Both the position numbers and the translations under genes were made by a program. The notes beneath the pieces were generated by a model. That model was not told the origin of the DNA and did no database searches. It saw only the letters and a list, made by a program, of their open reading frames with translations. A DNA stretch of 47,071 nucleotides from a virus (Duplodnaviria > Heunggongvirae > Uroviricota > Caudoviricetes), in the IMG/VR virus record IMGVR_UViG_3300030037_000008, positions 1 to 47,071 of that record; one strand, 5' to 3'. Of the stretch, positions 37,097-45,669 are shown piece by piece; the stretch's first letter is position 1, and each line of letters begins with the position of its first letter.

Positions 37097-37414
37097 ATGA
37101 GTTTTGTTACTAGGACACCTAACTTAGATATCATTGATATCTTTAAGGCTATTCAATATATGACTCACTATCGAATGGATGAGCCTCTCCACTGTTTGTT
37201 AGATAAAGATGTTACTGTAGCAGGTAATGCTAAGATTGTAGTATCTCGTACTGATAATCCTGAGTTAAGTGTGGTGTTTTGGTATAAAGGCATTGAATCT
37301 AACTCTAAAGAACCTGTCTATGCACTGCATAAAAACTGGTGGTGTGTTAGAAATCCTAAGCAAATTGACACTGATGCATGCATTACAAATCATATATTAG
37401 AAATCTGTGGATAA
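37097..37414 (+). CDS. Hypothetical protein
   Basis: ORF tiling. Confidence 0.55.
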   Translation: MSFVTRTPNLDIIDIFKAIQYMTHYRMDEPLHCLLDKDVTVAGNAKIVVSRTDNPELSVVFWYKGIESNSKEPVYALHKNWWCVRNPKQIDTDACITNHILEICG

Positions 37415-37442
37415 ATAAGTAAAATTATTTAAGGAACATACC

Positions 37443-37658
37443 ATGGCACAAGTAACCCTACTGAGTGGTGTCTCTGTAGAAGAGCGCGAAACTCCAGTTG
37501 AATTGAAATTCGAAACTACACTACCACAATCTCTTATTATAGTCGATGCTAATTCAGGTGTTGTATACACATTTGATCATGAAGGTGACATAGTAGAAAT
37601 TGATGATGCTAAGTACGAAGCTCTAAATGTTATTTGCGCTGTATATTCTGAAGAGTAA
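37443..37658 (+). CDS. Hypothetical protein
   Basis: AAGGA SD; preceded by GATAAATAA at 37410. Confidence 0.55.
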   Translation: MAQVTLLSGVSVEERETPVELKFETTLPQSLIIVDANSGVVYTFDHEGDIVEIDDAKYEALNVICAVYSEE

Positions 37659-37678
37659 ATTATAATTAAAGTGTTAAA

Positions 37679-37710
37679 AAAGGGACAATGTGATTTTACA
37701 TTGTCCCTTT
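37679..37710. terminator. 13-bp perfect hairpin overlapping the next promoter
   Basis: aaagggacaatgt / acattgtcccttt. Confidence 0.75.
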
Positions 37711-37722
37711 GTATGTTATCTT
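37694..37722 (+). promoter_or_regulatory. Early promoter TTTTAC-17-TATCTT with extended -10 TG
   Basis: Same spacing as the other early promoters; implies the true ATG is at 37729. Confidence 0.6.
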
Positions 37723-37728
37723 AATATT

Positions 37729-38439
37729 ATGAAAAAACTATTAAGCACATTTAGATACTACACAAGATTAACCTCTTATGGTAGGGATCAGTTTGAGAGA
37801 ATACAAGCGATGACTGATATCGAAAAGTACGAGTACAGACACTTAGTAACTAATAAAAAGATAGAAAATACTAATAATGTCATGACTACTGTAAGGATAA
37901 TCATGTCAGATGTCCAGTTTAAGAATTGTTTCAATCTATATGATGGTATGGAAGTACAAACTTCTCCACGTAATGCACCCGCTACATTCTCTTATGGAGA
38001 TCATGATGAAAGAAAGTCATTCAATGGAACGATACTTAAAGCTATAATAAGAAACGATCTATTGTATGAAGATTTCTTATTTGGATTCAGAATGATAACT
38101 TCGAAGGAATACAAAACAAACTTTCCTAACTTTAATAAATGTCTATTTAAAATAACACATGAAAATTTAAACAGATACTTTGATACGATGGGTATAATCG
38201 TAAGAACTAATTACGGAAAGCCTATTGAACAGAATAAGTTAGGTAGATACGTAGACATGGAATTTTGGAAACTTGATAGAATTTCAATGGCATTAGGATT
38301 AGCAATGCTAAGTGGATACGAATTGGATATAGAATTGGATAAAATTCTAACCTTCAATGATCAAGACTTTGAAACAATGTTTTTTGATATCAAAGAGTAC
38401 ATAGAAATTAACTCAGCAATTATAGGAATGTATAATTAA
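37729..38439 (+). CDS. Hypothetical protein (ends GMYN; start moved from GTG 37690)
   Basis: In-frame ATG just downstream of the promoter. Confidence 0.6.
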   Translation: MKKLLSTFRYYTRLTSYGRDQFERIQAMTDIEKYEYRHLVTNKKIENTNNVMTTVRIIMSDVQFKNCFNLYDGMEVQTSPRNAPATFSYGDHDERKSFNGTILKAIIRNDLLYEDFLFGFRMITSKEYKTNFPNFNKCLFKITHENLNRYFDTMGIIVRTNYGKPIEQNKLGRYVDMEFWKLDRISMALGLAMLSGYELDIELDKILTFNDQDFETMFFDIKEYIEINSAIIGMYN

Positions 38440-38440
38440 G

Positions 38441-38584
38441 ATGAAAGAAATAGACGATTTAATGACCGCTCAAGAAGCATACCTTAACCAATTAGAAGCA
38501 ATGATTCTCATGTATGAGAAAGAGATTTTAAAAATCAACATGCGACTTCTTGATATTCAAGCTAAAATAATAATGAACGGATAA
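38441..38584 (+). CDS. Small coiled-coil protein, 47 aa (not in the ORF track)
   Basis: MKEIDDLMTAQEAYLNQLEAMILMYEKEILKINMRLLDIQAKIIMNG fills the gap exactly. Confidence 0.6.
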   Translation: MKEIDDLMTAQEAYLNQLEAMILMYEKEILKINMRLLDIQAKIIMNG

Positions 38585-38588
38585 CTGA

Positions 38589-39188
38589 ATGTTCAAATAT
38601 CTATATAACAAATTCATGTACAGAGGCATTCCTAAGATGGTAGCCAAGGAAGCAATGGAACTTCACTCTGTATACGGAGTACATCCTGACATATTAAGAC
38701 TTCGCATGCATAAGGATTTTTCTGTTCAACAAAATGTAGAGTACTACATCATAATAACAGCACTTGTTAGTAAGATTAAATGTTCTTCACTATTCCAGTC
38801 AGGTATGAAAGATGACAAGGAGATGTGTGAATACATTGAGTTATGTGGAGTCCAAGCAGGAGACTTTATCATAAAACTTTTTAAGTTAAATATTTCAAGT
38901 AAAGATGTAATAGCTCCTATGTATAATTACAGTGGAGCATATAGAACAGATGAGAGTTACCTTGTCCATTTGGAAAGATATATAGAAGCACTTACAACTT
39001 GTATCATTGATGTTACTGTCGACAATCTTAGTTTCTTGAATGCTAAAGCTTATGATGATATTTTTAAAGCTATATGTTCAGGAGTTAAACTTGATTTAGA
39101 AAGAGTTCAGACAGGTGATGCTAAGTATTTGATTGATGTTGTTAAACTACATAACGGGTCTCAGAGTGCAAAACAACTTTATGCTTAA
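38589..39188 (+). CDS. Hypothetical protein (ends QLYA)
   Basis: ORF tiling; carries the C-terminal tag. Confidence 0.6.
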   Translation: MFKYLYNKFMYRGIPKMVAKEAMELHSVYGVHPDILRLRMHKDFSVQQNVEYYIIITALVSKIKCSSLFQSGMKDDKEMCEYIELCGVQAGDFIIKLFKLNISSKDVIAPMYNYSGAYRTDESYLVHLERYIEALTTCIIDVTVDNLSFLNAKAYDDIFKAICSGVKLDLERVQTGDAKYLIDVVKLHNGSQSAKQLYA

Positions 39189-39798
39189 AGGTTACATGGG
39201 AAGCTTCGTCAAATATGTGTATAGACTTAATTTTGAACTCGGTACAAATGTTATATCAGCATTGCATAGATCAAACAGGCCAGGAAATTACATTAATGTT
39301 AAGTATTATTCTGACTCTATATTTTATGCTAGACATGGTGAGTTTATAGATGCTATGTATATGTATGTTACTAACATTAAATGTAAATCAAGTATAAAGA
39401 AAGAGCTTGGAAAATACTTAGTAGATCTTCCTGACGACTACACTCCTGCTTTATTAATGGCTGCTCACTTCATGAAACTATCTAAATTTAAAATTGATAA
39501 AGATATTGAATCTCGTATGGCTATAAAGATATGTCATGCTATTTTAAAACAAGATCCTTATGCTGGTACAAACATGGCGAAATATTATGAGCTTATATGG
39601 TTTCATTATATTGTATGCAATCCTAAGAAGTATGGACGCTACACATTAGTATTCCTAAGTGCTGGAGTATCAATGAATTACTCAGACAATTTAAGTATAT
39701 CAGAAAGTAAAATTATTAAATGCAAGAATAAATTTAATGTAATTAAATATGATAAAGGATGTAAGCCAAATTATTTTAAAGATATTTGTATAATATGA
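39181..39798 (+). CDS. Hypothetical protein (start moved to ATG 39181)
   Basis: 8-nt overlap with the upstream gene end. Confidence 0.55.
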   Translation: MLKGYMGSFVKYVYRLNFELGTNVISALHRSNRPGNYINVKYYSDSIFYARHGEFIDAMYMYVTNIKCKSSIKKELGKYLVDLPDDYTPALLMAAHFMKLSKFKIDKDIESRMAIKICHAILKQDPYAGTNMAKYYELIWFHYIVCNPKKYGRYTLVFLSAGVSMNYSDNLSISESKIIKCKNKFNVIKYDKGCKPNYFKDICII

Positions 39799-39827
39799 TT
39801 GTACATTAAAGAAAAGAAGTTTATCTT
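39799..39827 (+). promoter_or_regulatory. Early promoter TTGTAC-17-TATCTT
   Basis: Context gattgtacatt. Confidence 0.75.
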
Positions 39828-39846
39828 ATATCAATAAGGAGAACGA

Positions 39847-40440
39847 ATGAATATTTTATACATACACGGATTCGCATCATCTGGATCAAACAGTTCTAAA
39901 GTAAAAACAATAAATAAAATTTATCCAGAAGCAAATATATTCGCACCTGATTTAAAACATGATTTAGTGCAAGATGTACAATTTCTCAAAGAGATCTTAG
40001 TTTATCTAGATGTAGATATTATAATCGGAAGTTCGATGGGAGGTTATTTAGCAACAATACTAGCAACAGAGTTCAATGTTCCAACTCTATTAATTAATCC
40101 GTTAGTCGACACTCAGTATTTATTAGACAAAGCAGGCGCAAGGTATAGAAACTATTCTACAGGTAAAGACTTCTACTTCAGTAACGCTAATTATAATACT
40201 GATGTATTAACAAATGATAATGGAAGAAATGGAAGATATTCAAGTGATGTTAATGATATTAATAAGATAACAGTAGCTTTAGGAACAGAAGACAAAGAGT
40301 TAGATCATACTTTAGCATTAGATAAATACAAGCAATGTACCATCCTAAAATATGAAGATGATCATCGTTTCAGTAAATCTTTTTTACCAGCACTACTAAA
40401 ATTTCAACAACAATGTGAAGTAAACAAACTATATAACTAA
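39847..40440 (+). CDS. YqiA/YcfP-family alpha/beta hydrolase (ends KLYN)
   Basis: LYIHGFASS, GSSMGG nucleophile elbow, LINP, DDHRF. Confidence 0.9.
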   Translation: MNILYIHGFASSGSNSSKVKTINKIYPEANIFAPDLKHDLVQDVQFLKEILVYLDVDIIIGSSMGGYLATILATEFNVPTLLINPLVDTQYLLDKAGARYRNYSTGKDFYFSNANYNTDVLTNDNGRNGRYSSDVNDINKITVALGTEDKELDHTLALDKYKQCTILKYEDDHRFSKSFLPALLKFQQQCEVNKLYN

Positions 40441-40452
40441 AAGGAAAATAAC

Positions 40453-40767
40453 ATGTCAGAAGAAAAGTACGAGATTTTTATTAAAGCAGATTATAATGAT
40501 GCAGATTATGTAAGTTCAACTCACAAAATGAGTGAAGAAGAAATCGATCTCATCAAACCTTTAGTCGCAGCAATCAAAGCAAACGGAGGTGATTGGCCAG
40601 CTCATGAATATGCTTCAGGTGATAATGATATTCGAGTTAAATATAAAGAATTTAGTGAAGAAGCAATCGACCTATTCAATGATATATGTCCATGTGGTGA
40701 GTATGGCATTCATTCAATTGAATCTGTTGAGTACTACCCACTGCCAGTTAAAGTAACTCTTCTGTAA
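40453..40767 (+). CDS. Hypothetical phage protein
   Basis: AAGGA SD; IKADYNDADY...GIHSIESV pattern. Confidence 0.6.
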   Translation: MSEEKYEIFIKADYNDADYVSSTHKMSEEEIDLIKPLVAAIKANGGDWPAHEYASGDNDIRVKYKEFSEEAIDLFNDICPCGEYGIHSIESVEYYPLPVKVTLL

Positions 40768-40934
40768 TGCTTGATCAATCTGATGCTCCTGCTGGATTCC
40801 TTGCAGTAGAAGCTACTATGTTATGTGGAGGATGTAAACTATTTAGAAAAAATAAGTGTTTAACAATGCCTGAAGCTAAGTGTACTAGATCAGAAAGAGA
40901 AGACGGAAAGTTGGTGATATTCAAGAAGGCTTAA
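40767..40934 (+). CDS. Small Cys-rich protein, 55 aa (not in the ORF track)
   Basis: TAATG overlap; MLDQSDAPAGFLAVEATMLCGGCKLFRKNKCLTMPEAKCTRSEREDGKLVIFKKA. Confidence 0.65.
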   Translation: MLDQSDAPAGFLAVEATMLCGGCKLFRKNKCLTMPEAKCTRSEREDGKLVIFKKA

Positions 40935-40941
40935 TAATTTA

Positions 40942-40982
40942 GATAAATAGTACTAATTAATAATAAAATTGGTTAGTACTAT
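40942..40982 (+). promoter_or_regulatory. Late promoter GATAAATAG overlapping a 15-bp hairpin that covers the nuclease start codon
   Basis: atagtactaattaat / attggttagtactat, 2 G-U pairs, 6-nt loop. Confidence 0.75.
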
Positions 40983-41349
40983 GAATGAAGCAGAACGATT
41001 AGAAATATACTCGTATAACGCTACTGTTATATCTATATATGATGCTGATACTGTAAGAGCAGACATATCATTAGGTTTTGGATTAAAATTAGAGAATCAA
41101 TCTCTTAGACTATTTGGAATAGATGCGCCTGAAGTTAGAGGTGAGGAAAGACCAGAAGGACTATTAGCTCGTGACTTTTTAAGATCACTGATGCCTGAAG
41201 GAACTAGATTTACTCTTCTTACAGTTAAAGATAAGAAAGGTAAGTATGGAAGACTTCTGTCTACAATATATCTCCCACAAGAAGATGGTAGCTTGTTGAA
41301 CGTTAACAATTTACTGTTAGAGCAGGGCTTTGCTGAAATTTATGTATAA
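40981..41349 (+). CDS. Thermonuclease (staphylococcal nuclease family)
   Basis: IYDADT, LRLFGIDAPE, DKKGKYGRLL, NNLLLEQGFA. Confidence 0.92.
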   Translation: MNEAERLEIYSYNATVISIYDADTVRADISLGFGLKLENQSLRLFGIDAPEVRGEERPEGLLARDFLRSLMPEGTRFTLLTVKDKKGKYGRLLSTIYLPQEDGSLLNVNNLLLEQGFAEIYV

Positions 41350-41354
41350 AGTGA

Positions 41355-41383
41355 TTGTACATTCACGTAATGTGATATATACT
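41355..41383 (+). promoter_or_regulatory. Early promoter TTGTAC-17-TATACT
   Basis: Context gattgtacatt. Confidence 0.8.
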
Positions 41384-41413
41384 ATCTATACAAACTAAAT
41401 AAGGAGATACAAC

Positions 41414-42496
41414 ATGAACAACATCAACATTAACAAACTCTTTCTTTCTGATCGCTTAGTAACAATGTTCCGTAAAGAAAAGATTAGTGCTAAAGATGCT
41501 CTACAACATCTTATGGATGCTAGAAAGAAAGAGCATATCTACAAATCAGATTTCAATCAATTACTCTCACCGCTTAAACGTGGAATGGACTATGCATCAA
41601 CCATTGCTGATAAAGCAGTTACATCTTCTTCAGTAGATCCTGAAAATAGTAGATCACTTTGGACAGCTGGTTTAAGATTCCCTTATCAATTGAATCATGT
41701 CAATAAGTATTTAAAGACTACACTTCCTAAATTTAAAGATCAACTTCCTGAAGAAGAATACACAATCGCTTTGGAATGGGGACAAGCATGGCAAGCTGTA
41801 GGAGAATTAGTAAAGGAATTGAAACCCTTTATAGAAAACAGCAGACCTCCTACCGAAAAGCAATTGGCAAGACAAGCTGAGCAAGCAGAACTTGATACTC
41901 TTAAAGCATCTAATCATAGTGGTGCAGTTCTTAAAGTGTTAGCAGAAAAGTTAGATGCAATTGCTAAAGGATATAAGAAACAGATTATCGAAAGTCTAAT
42001 TCTTGATATTACAAGAGCAGCTTATGATAACTTGGCATTCCTCCAAAATCCTGATAATGCAAAGCAGATTAGACGATACAGTTACGACTACAACTTGATC
42101 AACCAAACATCTCATAGAGTTTATGCTTTAGCTGATCAGTTTGAAGATAAAGTTAAGAAGATGGCTCAAAACAAATACGACACTATCAGTATTCAGTTTA
42201 TTGCTAAAGCTCTTAGTAAAGTTGAATCAATCATTGTTAGAAAAGGACTTGATGCTGAAATTGAAGTAGTAGCCAAAACATCAAGTAACAACGCTGCAAT
42301 CGAAGCAATTCTAAAATTTGTCTTTACTGATAAATCTGAGTTCAATCTAAACTCTAAGTTGAAGATCAATTGGAGATGGGGAACCGGTCACTTCTATCAG
42401 TACCCTTCACTCTTCCAAAACATCGTAATGCCAGATGGTACAAAGATTAAAAGATTCAATGAGTTGGAAATGAATAAAAACTTCGCAACAGTTTAA
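41414..42496 (+). CDS. Hypothetical protein (360 aa)
   Basis: AAGGAG SD; long ORF; no motif recognised. Confidence 0.65.
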   Translation: MNNININKLFLSDRLVTMFRKEKISAKDALQHLMDARKKEHIYKSDFNQLLSPLKRGMDYASTIADKAVTSSSVDPENSRSLWTAGLRFPYQLNHVNKYLKTTLPKFKDQLPEEEYTIALEWGQAWQAVGELVKELKPFIENSRPPTEKQLARQAEQAELDTLKASNHSGAVLKVLAEKLDAIAKGYKKQIIESLILDITRAAYDNLAFLQNPDNAKQIRRYSYDYNLINQTSHRVYALADQFEDKVKKMAQNKYDTISIQFIAKALSKVESIIVRKGLDAEIEVVAKTSSNNAAIEAILKFVFTDKSEFNLNSKLKINWRWGTGHFYQYPSLFQNIVMPDGTKIKRFNELEMNKNFATV

Positions 42497-42505
42497 GTTA
42501 AAACT

Positions 42506-42537
42506 AAATAGATCAAATTTAAATATTTGGTCTATTT
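42506..42537 (+). terminator. Rho-independent terminator
   Basis: aaatagatcaaat / atttggtctattt followed by a T-rich run. Confidence 0.75.
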
Positions 42538-42541
42538 GTTT

Positions 42542-42570
42542 GTTTACTTATTGTATAGGTGTAGTATATT
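42542..42570 (+). promoter_or_regulatory. Early promoter GTTTAC-17-TATATT
   Basis: GTTTAC is the T4 early -35; 17-bp spacer. Confidence 0.65.
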
Positions 42571-42590
42571 AAAAATAAAAAGGAAGTGTA

Positions 42591-43022
42591 ATGAAAATGT
42601 TCAATGGCGAAGAAGTACCGGTTACTACAGAAGAACATATCGAGCTATGTAGAAAGAAAGGTTTAGATATTGACAAATATACAAACAGTCATTACTCTGA
42701 AGCAAAGGTTCGTAACTATGCAAAATCATTACTGCTTGGTATCGATACATCCAAGTATGATAAGTATGATCTGCCTGCTATTGTTCTTATTGTTCTATGC
42801 ACTATTGTAAAAGAAGGACAAGACATTCCATCTGAAAAAACTCTTGCAATGCTAGCTACATGTGAAACTGGAGTTCTTATGTCAGTAATGGAATTACTTC
42901 AAGCTGGATTACATGTCTCACATGATTCAATTATTTTTGATCCTACTCTGTCAGATGTTCAACGTAAGAAAGAAGTAGTACTTATTCTAGATTCTTTCAA
43001 ATCTTTAACCACTTATAACTAA
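42591..43022 (+). CDS. Hypothetical helical-repeat protein
   Basis: KGLDIDKY / LGIDTSKY / EGQDI / AGLHVS repeats. Confidence 0.6.
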   Translation: MKMFNGEEVPVTTEEHIELCRKKGLDIDKYTNSHYSEAKVRNYAKSLLLGIDTSKYDKYDLPAIVLIVLCTIVKEGQDIPSEKTLAMLATCETGVLMSVMELLQAGLHVSHDSIIFDPTLSDVQRKKEVVLILDSFKSLTTYN

Positions 43023-43023
43023 T

Positions 43024-43704
43024 ATGAAACTGATAGACTTTCCAAGTAGAGATGAAGCTATTATTAAAGCTATTAAAGATTACAACCCTGTGTATGAATA
43101 CTTTTCTAAAGAGCCTCGAGGTAAAACTTCATCATACAATCTTCCTGATCCAGCAAACAATACTGATCATACACTATTAAAGATTAACTACAAAGATTAT
43201 AACAACACTAAGTATCTAGAATCTCATGGACTTCAGACATTTGTTATTAACACTGAATATGTAGCTCCTTCACCAGAACAACAAGAAAAGATTGATATGA
43301 TACGTACTACTTATGCAATGTATGGTGATGATCAAATGGAAGGAGCGGATGGTAATCTATCTACTGGATATTACATAACAAGTATTTTCAATATGAGAAG
43401 TAATGGATATGTTGAAATGCCTAAAGCTCTACACGATGAAAGATTTACTAGACATGATACACCGGATGAAGACGAGTATATTGACGATACTGAACTTATT
43501 TTCTATCATACTAATGGAGTGTCTGAACCTATAGATTTTTATATGGGGTGCACATATAAAGATACACATGGAGAAAGAGTAACAGCCGGATTCGATACTG
43601 CTCACTATAATGATAATGCTTCTACTCAATGTACATCATTCTCTTCAAAGGAAATAGATAAAACATTGTTACAAATTGTTAGATTATTGGGTGTACAGTC
43701 TTAA
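43024..43704 (+). CDS. Hypothetical protein
   Basis: ORF tiling; GFDTAH motif. Confidence 0.55.
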   Translation: MKLIDFPSRDEAIIKAIKDYNPVYEYFSKEPRGKTSSYNLPDPANNTDHTLLKINYKDYNNTKYLESHGLQTFVINTEYVAPSPEQQEKIDMIRTTYAMYGDDQMEGADGNLSTGYYITSIFNMRSNGYVEMPKALHDERFTRHDTPDEDEYIDDTELIFYHTNGVSEPIDFYMGCTYKDTHGERVTAGFDTAHYNDNASTQCTSFSSKEIDKTLLQIVRLLGVQS

Positions 43705-43719
43705 AATGTGTGGTATCTT
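43691..43719 (+). promoter_or_regulatory. Early promoter GTGTAC-17-TATCTT with extended -10
   Basis: 17-bp spacer, TGn before the -10. Confidence 0.65.
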
Positions 43720-43746
43720 AATTAAAACAAATATAAGGAATACCTA

Positions 43747-44865
43747 ATGAGTATAGAGTTAATTGAAAAATACAACGAAGCATACCGCAACGGAGAAGTT
43801 CTAGTAAGTGATGCAGAGTACGACGCATTATGTGAAGAGTTTAATTACGAACCTGGAGTTGGAGCTGAAATTTCAACTGGTGATAAAGTAACTCTTCCTA
43901 TTCCAATGGGTTCACTTAACAAAGTTAAATCTCTTGAAGATCTTATCAAATGGTCAGCTCCTCATCCAAACGAGACCTTAGCTGCTACACCAAAATATGA
44001 TGGTTGTTCAGTTCTTCTTAAAGCTGTAGGCAGAACTATTAAAGCAGTGTATACTAGAGGAGATGGCAAAGAAGGTAGAAACATTCTTCCATTACTTGAT
44101 AATCACAAACAGATCCAAGCGCTCAATGAAATGATGCAAATGGCTAATCCTGAAGAAAGATACATTCCTTCAATGGATGAGTTCTATATCATTGGTGAGA
44201 TCATTATTCCAGAAGATCTATTCAAATCAAAATACTCTTCAACCATGAAAAACTCTCGTAACATGGTAGCTGGTCTTATTAATAGATCAGAAGCTCAAGC
44301 TCCTATTCATGATTGTATGATTATGTTATTTGATATCAAAGGCGATACAAAACAAGCATATCTAAACAAAACCAATAAGATTGAAATTCTTAACTTTTGG
44401 AACCATGAATACATTCAAACACCAATCCTGGTAAGTTGTGTAGCAGATCATCACATGGAAGATAAGATGATGAAGATGTGGCAAAACATGGACACTAAAG
44501 TTAAATGTGATGGCATCGTAGTAGAATTCAATAGCTCATTATTAAGAGATGAACTTGGATTAGAAACTGGTAAATTGAATCCTGCTTTTGCCCGAGCGTT
44601 TAAGCCACCAGTTGAAGAACAAAAAACTACAACAGTTGATAAGATTGATTGGCGAGTTAGTAAAGATGGTAAGTGCATTCCAGTTATCAATCTTGTTCCA
44701 ATAGATCTTGATGGAGTAACAATCAGTAACGTAACGGCCCATAACGCTTCCTTTGTACAAGATAACGAGATTAGAGTTGGATCTCTAATAACTATCAAAC
44801 GATCCGGTGGAGTTATACCCACCATTGTTAAAGTAACCAATAACGATGATGTAACGGAGTTTTAA
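43747..44865 (+). CDS. ligA: NAD+-dependent DNA ligase, short form (domain Ia, adenylation and OB only)
   Basis: YNEAYRNG...SDAEYDAL, PMGSLNK, PKYDG, TRGDG, DGIVV, ARAFK, VTAHNA, RSGGVIP, then stop. Confidence 0.9.
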   Translation: MSIELIEKYNEAYRNGEVLVSDAEYDALCEEFNYEPGVGAEISTGDKVTLPIPMGSLNKVKSLEDLIKWSAPHPNETLAATPKYDGCSVLLKAVGRTIKAVYTRGDGKEGRNILPLLDNHKQIQALNEMMQMANPEERYIPSMDEFYIIGEIIIPEDLFKSKYSSTMKNSRNMVAGLINRSEAQAPIHDCMIMLFDIKGDTKQAYLNKTNKIEILNFWNHEYIQTPILVSCVADHHMEDKMMKMWQNMDTKVKCDGIVVEFNSSLLRDELGLETGKLNPAFARAFKPPVEEQKTTTVDKIDWRVSKDGKCIPVINLVPIDLDGVTISNVTAHNASFVQDNEIRVGSLITIKRSGGVIPTIVKVTNNDDVTEF

Positions 44866-44866
44866 G

Positions 44867-45250
44867 ATGAGTTTAGGTTTAGGTAGATTAGAACAATCAT
44901 TAGCTGATTTAGAAAATCATGACAATACGGCTCATGCTCAGACAATGGCTAATCTATCTAATATAGAGACCATGGTGAAAGTGATGGCATCTAAATTAGA
45001 ACAAACTAATGAAACATTAGATGCCACTGCAAACAAACTTACTAGTGTTTCGGAAGAAAACAAGAAGCTTAGAGATATTCTTAAAATGTTGTACTTTGAT
45101 TACGATGGTGTTTATTATAAAGGAGACGATTACGATGTCTATGATTCAGCATCAAGTGATTACTATACAAAAATGGTAATTTGGAAAGATTTTCCTGAAA
45201 TCAAAGCTCTTAACTTTGTAGAAGAAACTTGTAAGGAGATGTACAACTAA
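44867..45250 (+). CDS. Coiled-coil hypothetical protein (ends KEMYN)
   Basis: Heptad-rich N-terminal half; carries the C-terminal tag. Confidence 0.6.
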   Translation: MSLGLGRLEQSLADLENHDNTAHAQTMANLSNIETMVKVMASKLEQTNETLDATANKLTSVSEENKKLRDILKMLYFDYDGVYYKGDDYDVYDSASSDYYTKMVIWKDFPEIKALNFVEETCKEMYN

Positions 45251-45669
45251 TGGATACTGACAATATGACTCGTGAAGAGTTAGTCAAAGCTCTAATAGAT
45301 GTTACATCAAGTAGAGATGTATTCTTTAAAAGAATTACTCAAATTGAATTTGACCAGCGTATGAGAGCTGAACAATCAAAAGTTAAAACCTACGACCTTG
45401 AAGATGTAGGTAGTCCCTATGAATCATATAGAGAAATGGTTGAACAGAAAGACGATGCTTCAGGTGCAGGTGATTGGGTAGAAATTGAAGATTTAAGAGA
45501 TGCTGAATTTAGATATGATGAACTTAAGAAATTTCTAATTGATTTACAATCAGATTCAGAAGGTGTAGCTGGTTATCATTTGAATGGTGATGTAGCTCCA
45601 TGGTGTGAGTTTGAAGAGATAGTTAATTTAGGCTATGTAGAAAATATATGTAAGGAGCTATACACATGA
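45250..45669 (+). CDS. Hypothetical protein (ends KELYT)
   Basis: TAATG overlap; GVAGYHLNGDVAPW motif. Confidence 0.65.
   Translation: MDTDNMTREELVKALIDVTSSRDVFFKRITQIEFDQRMRAEQSKVKTYDLEDVGSPYESYREMVEQKDDASGAGDWVEIEDLRDAEFRYDELKKFLIDLQSDSEGVAGYHLNGDVAPWCEFEEIVNLGYVENICKELYT

Noticed and set aside
44840-44900. Programmed frameshift extending ligA
   Set aside because: Both alternative frames hit TAA within a few codons, and the downstream protein has no Zn-finger or HhH signature
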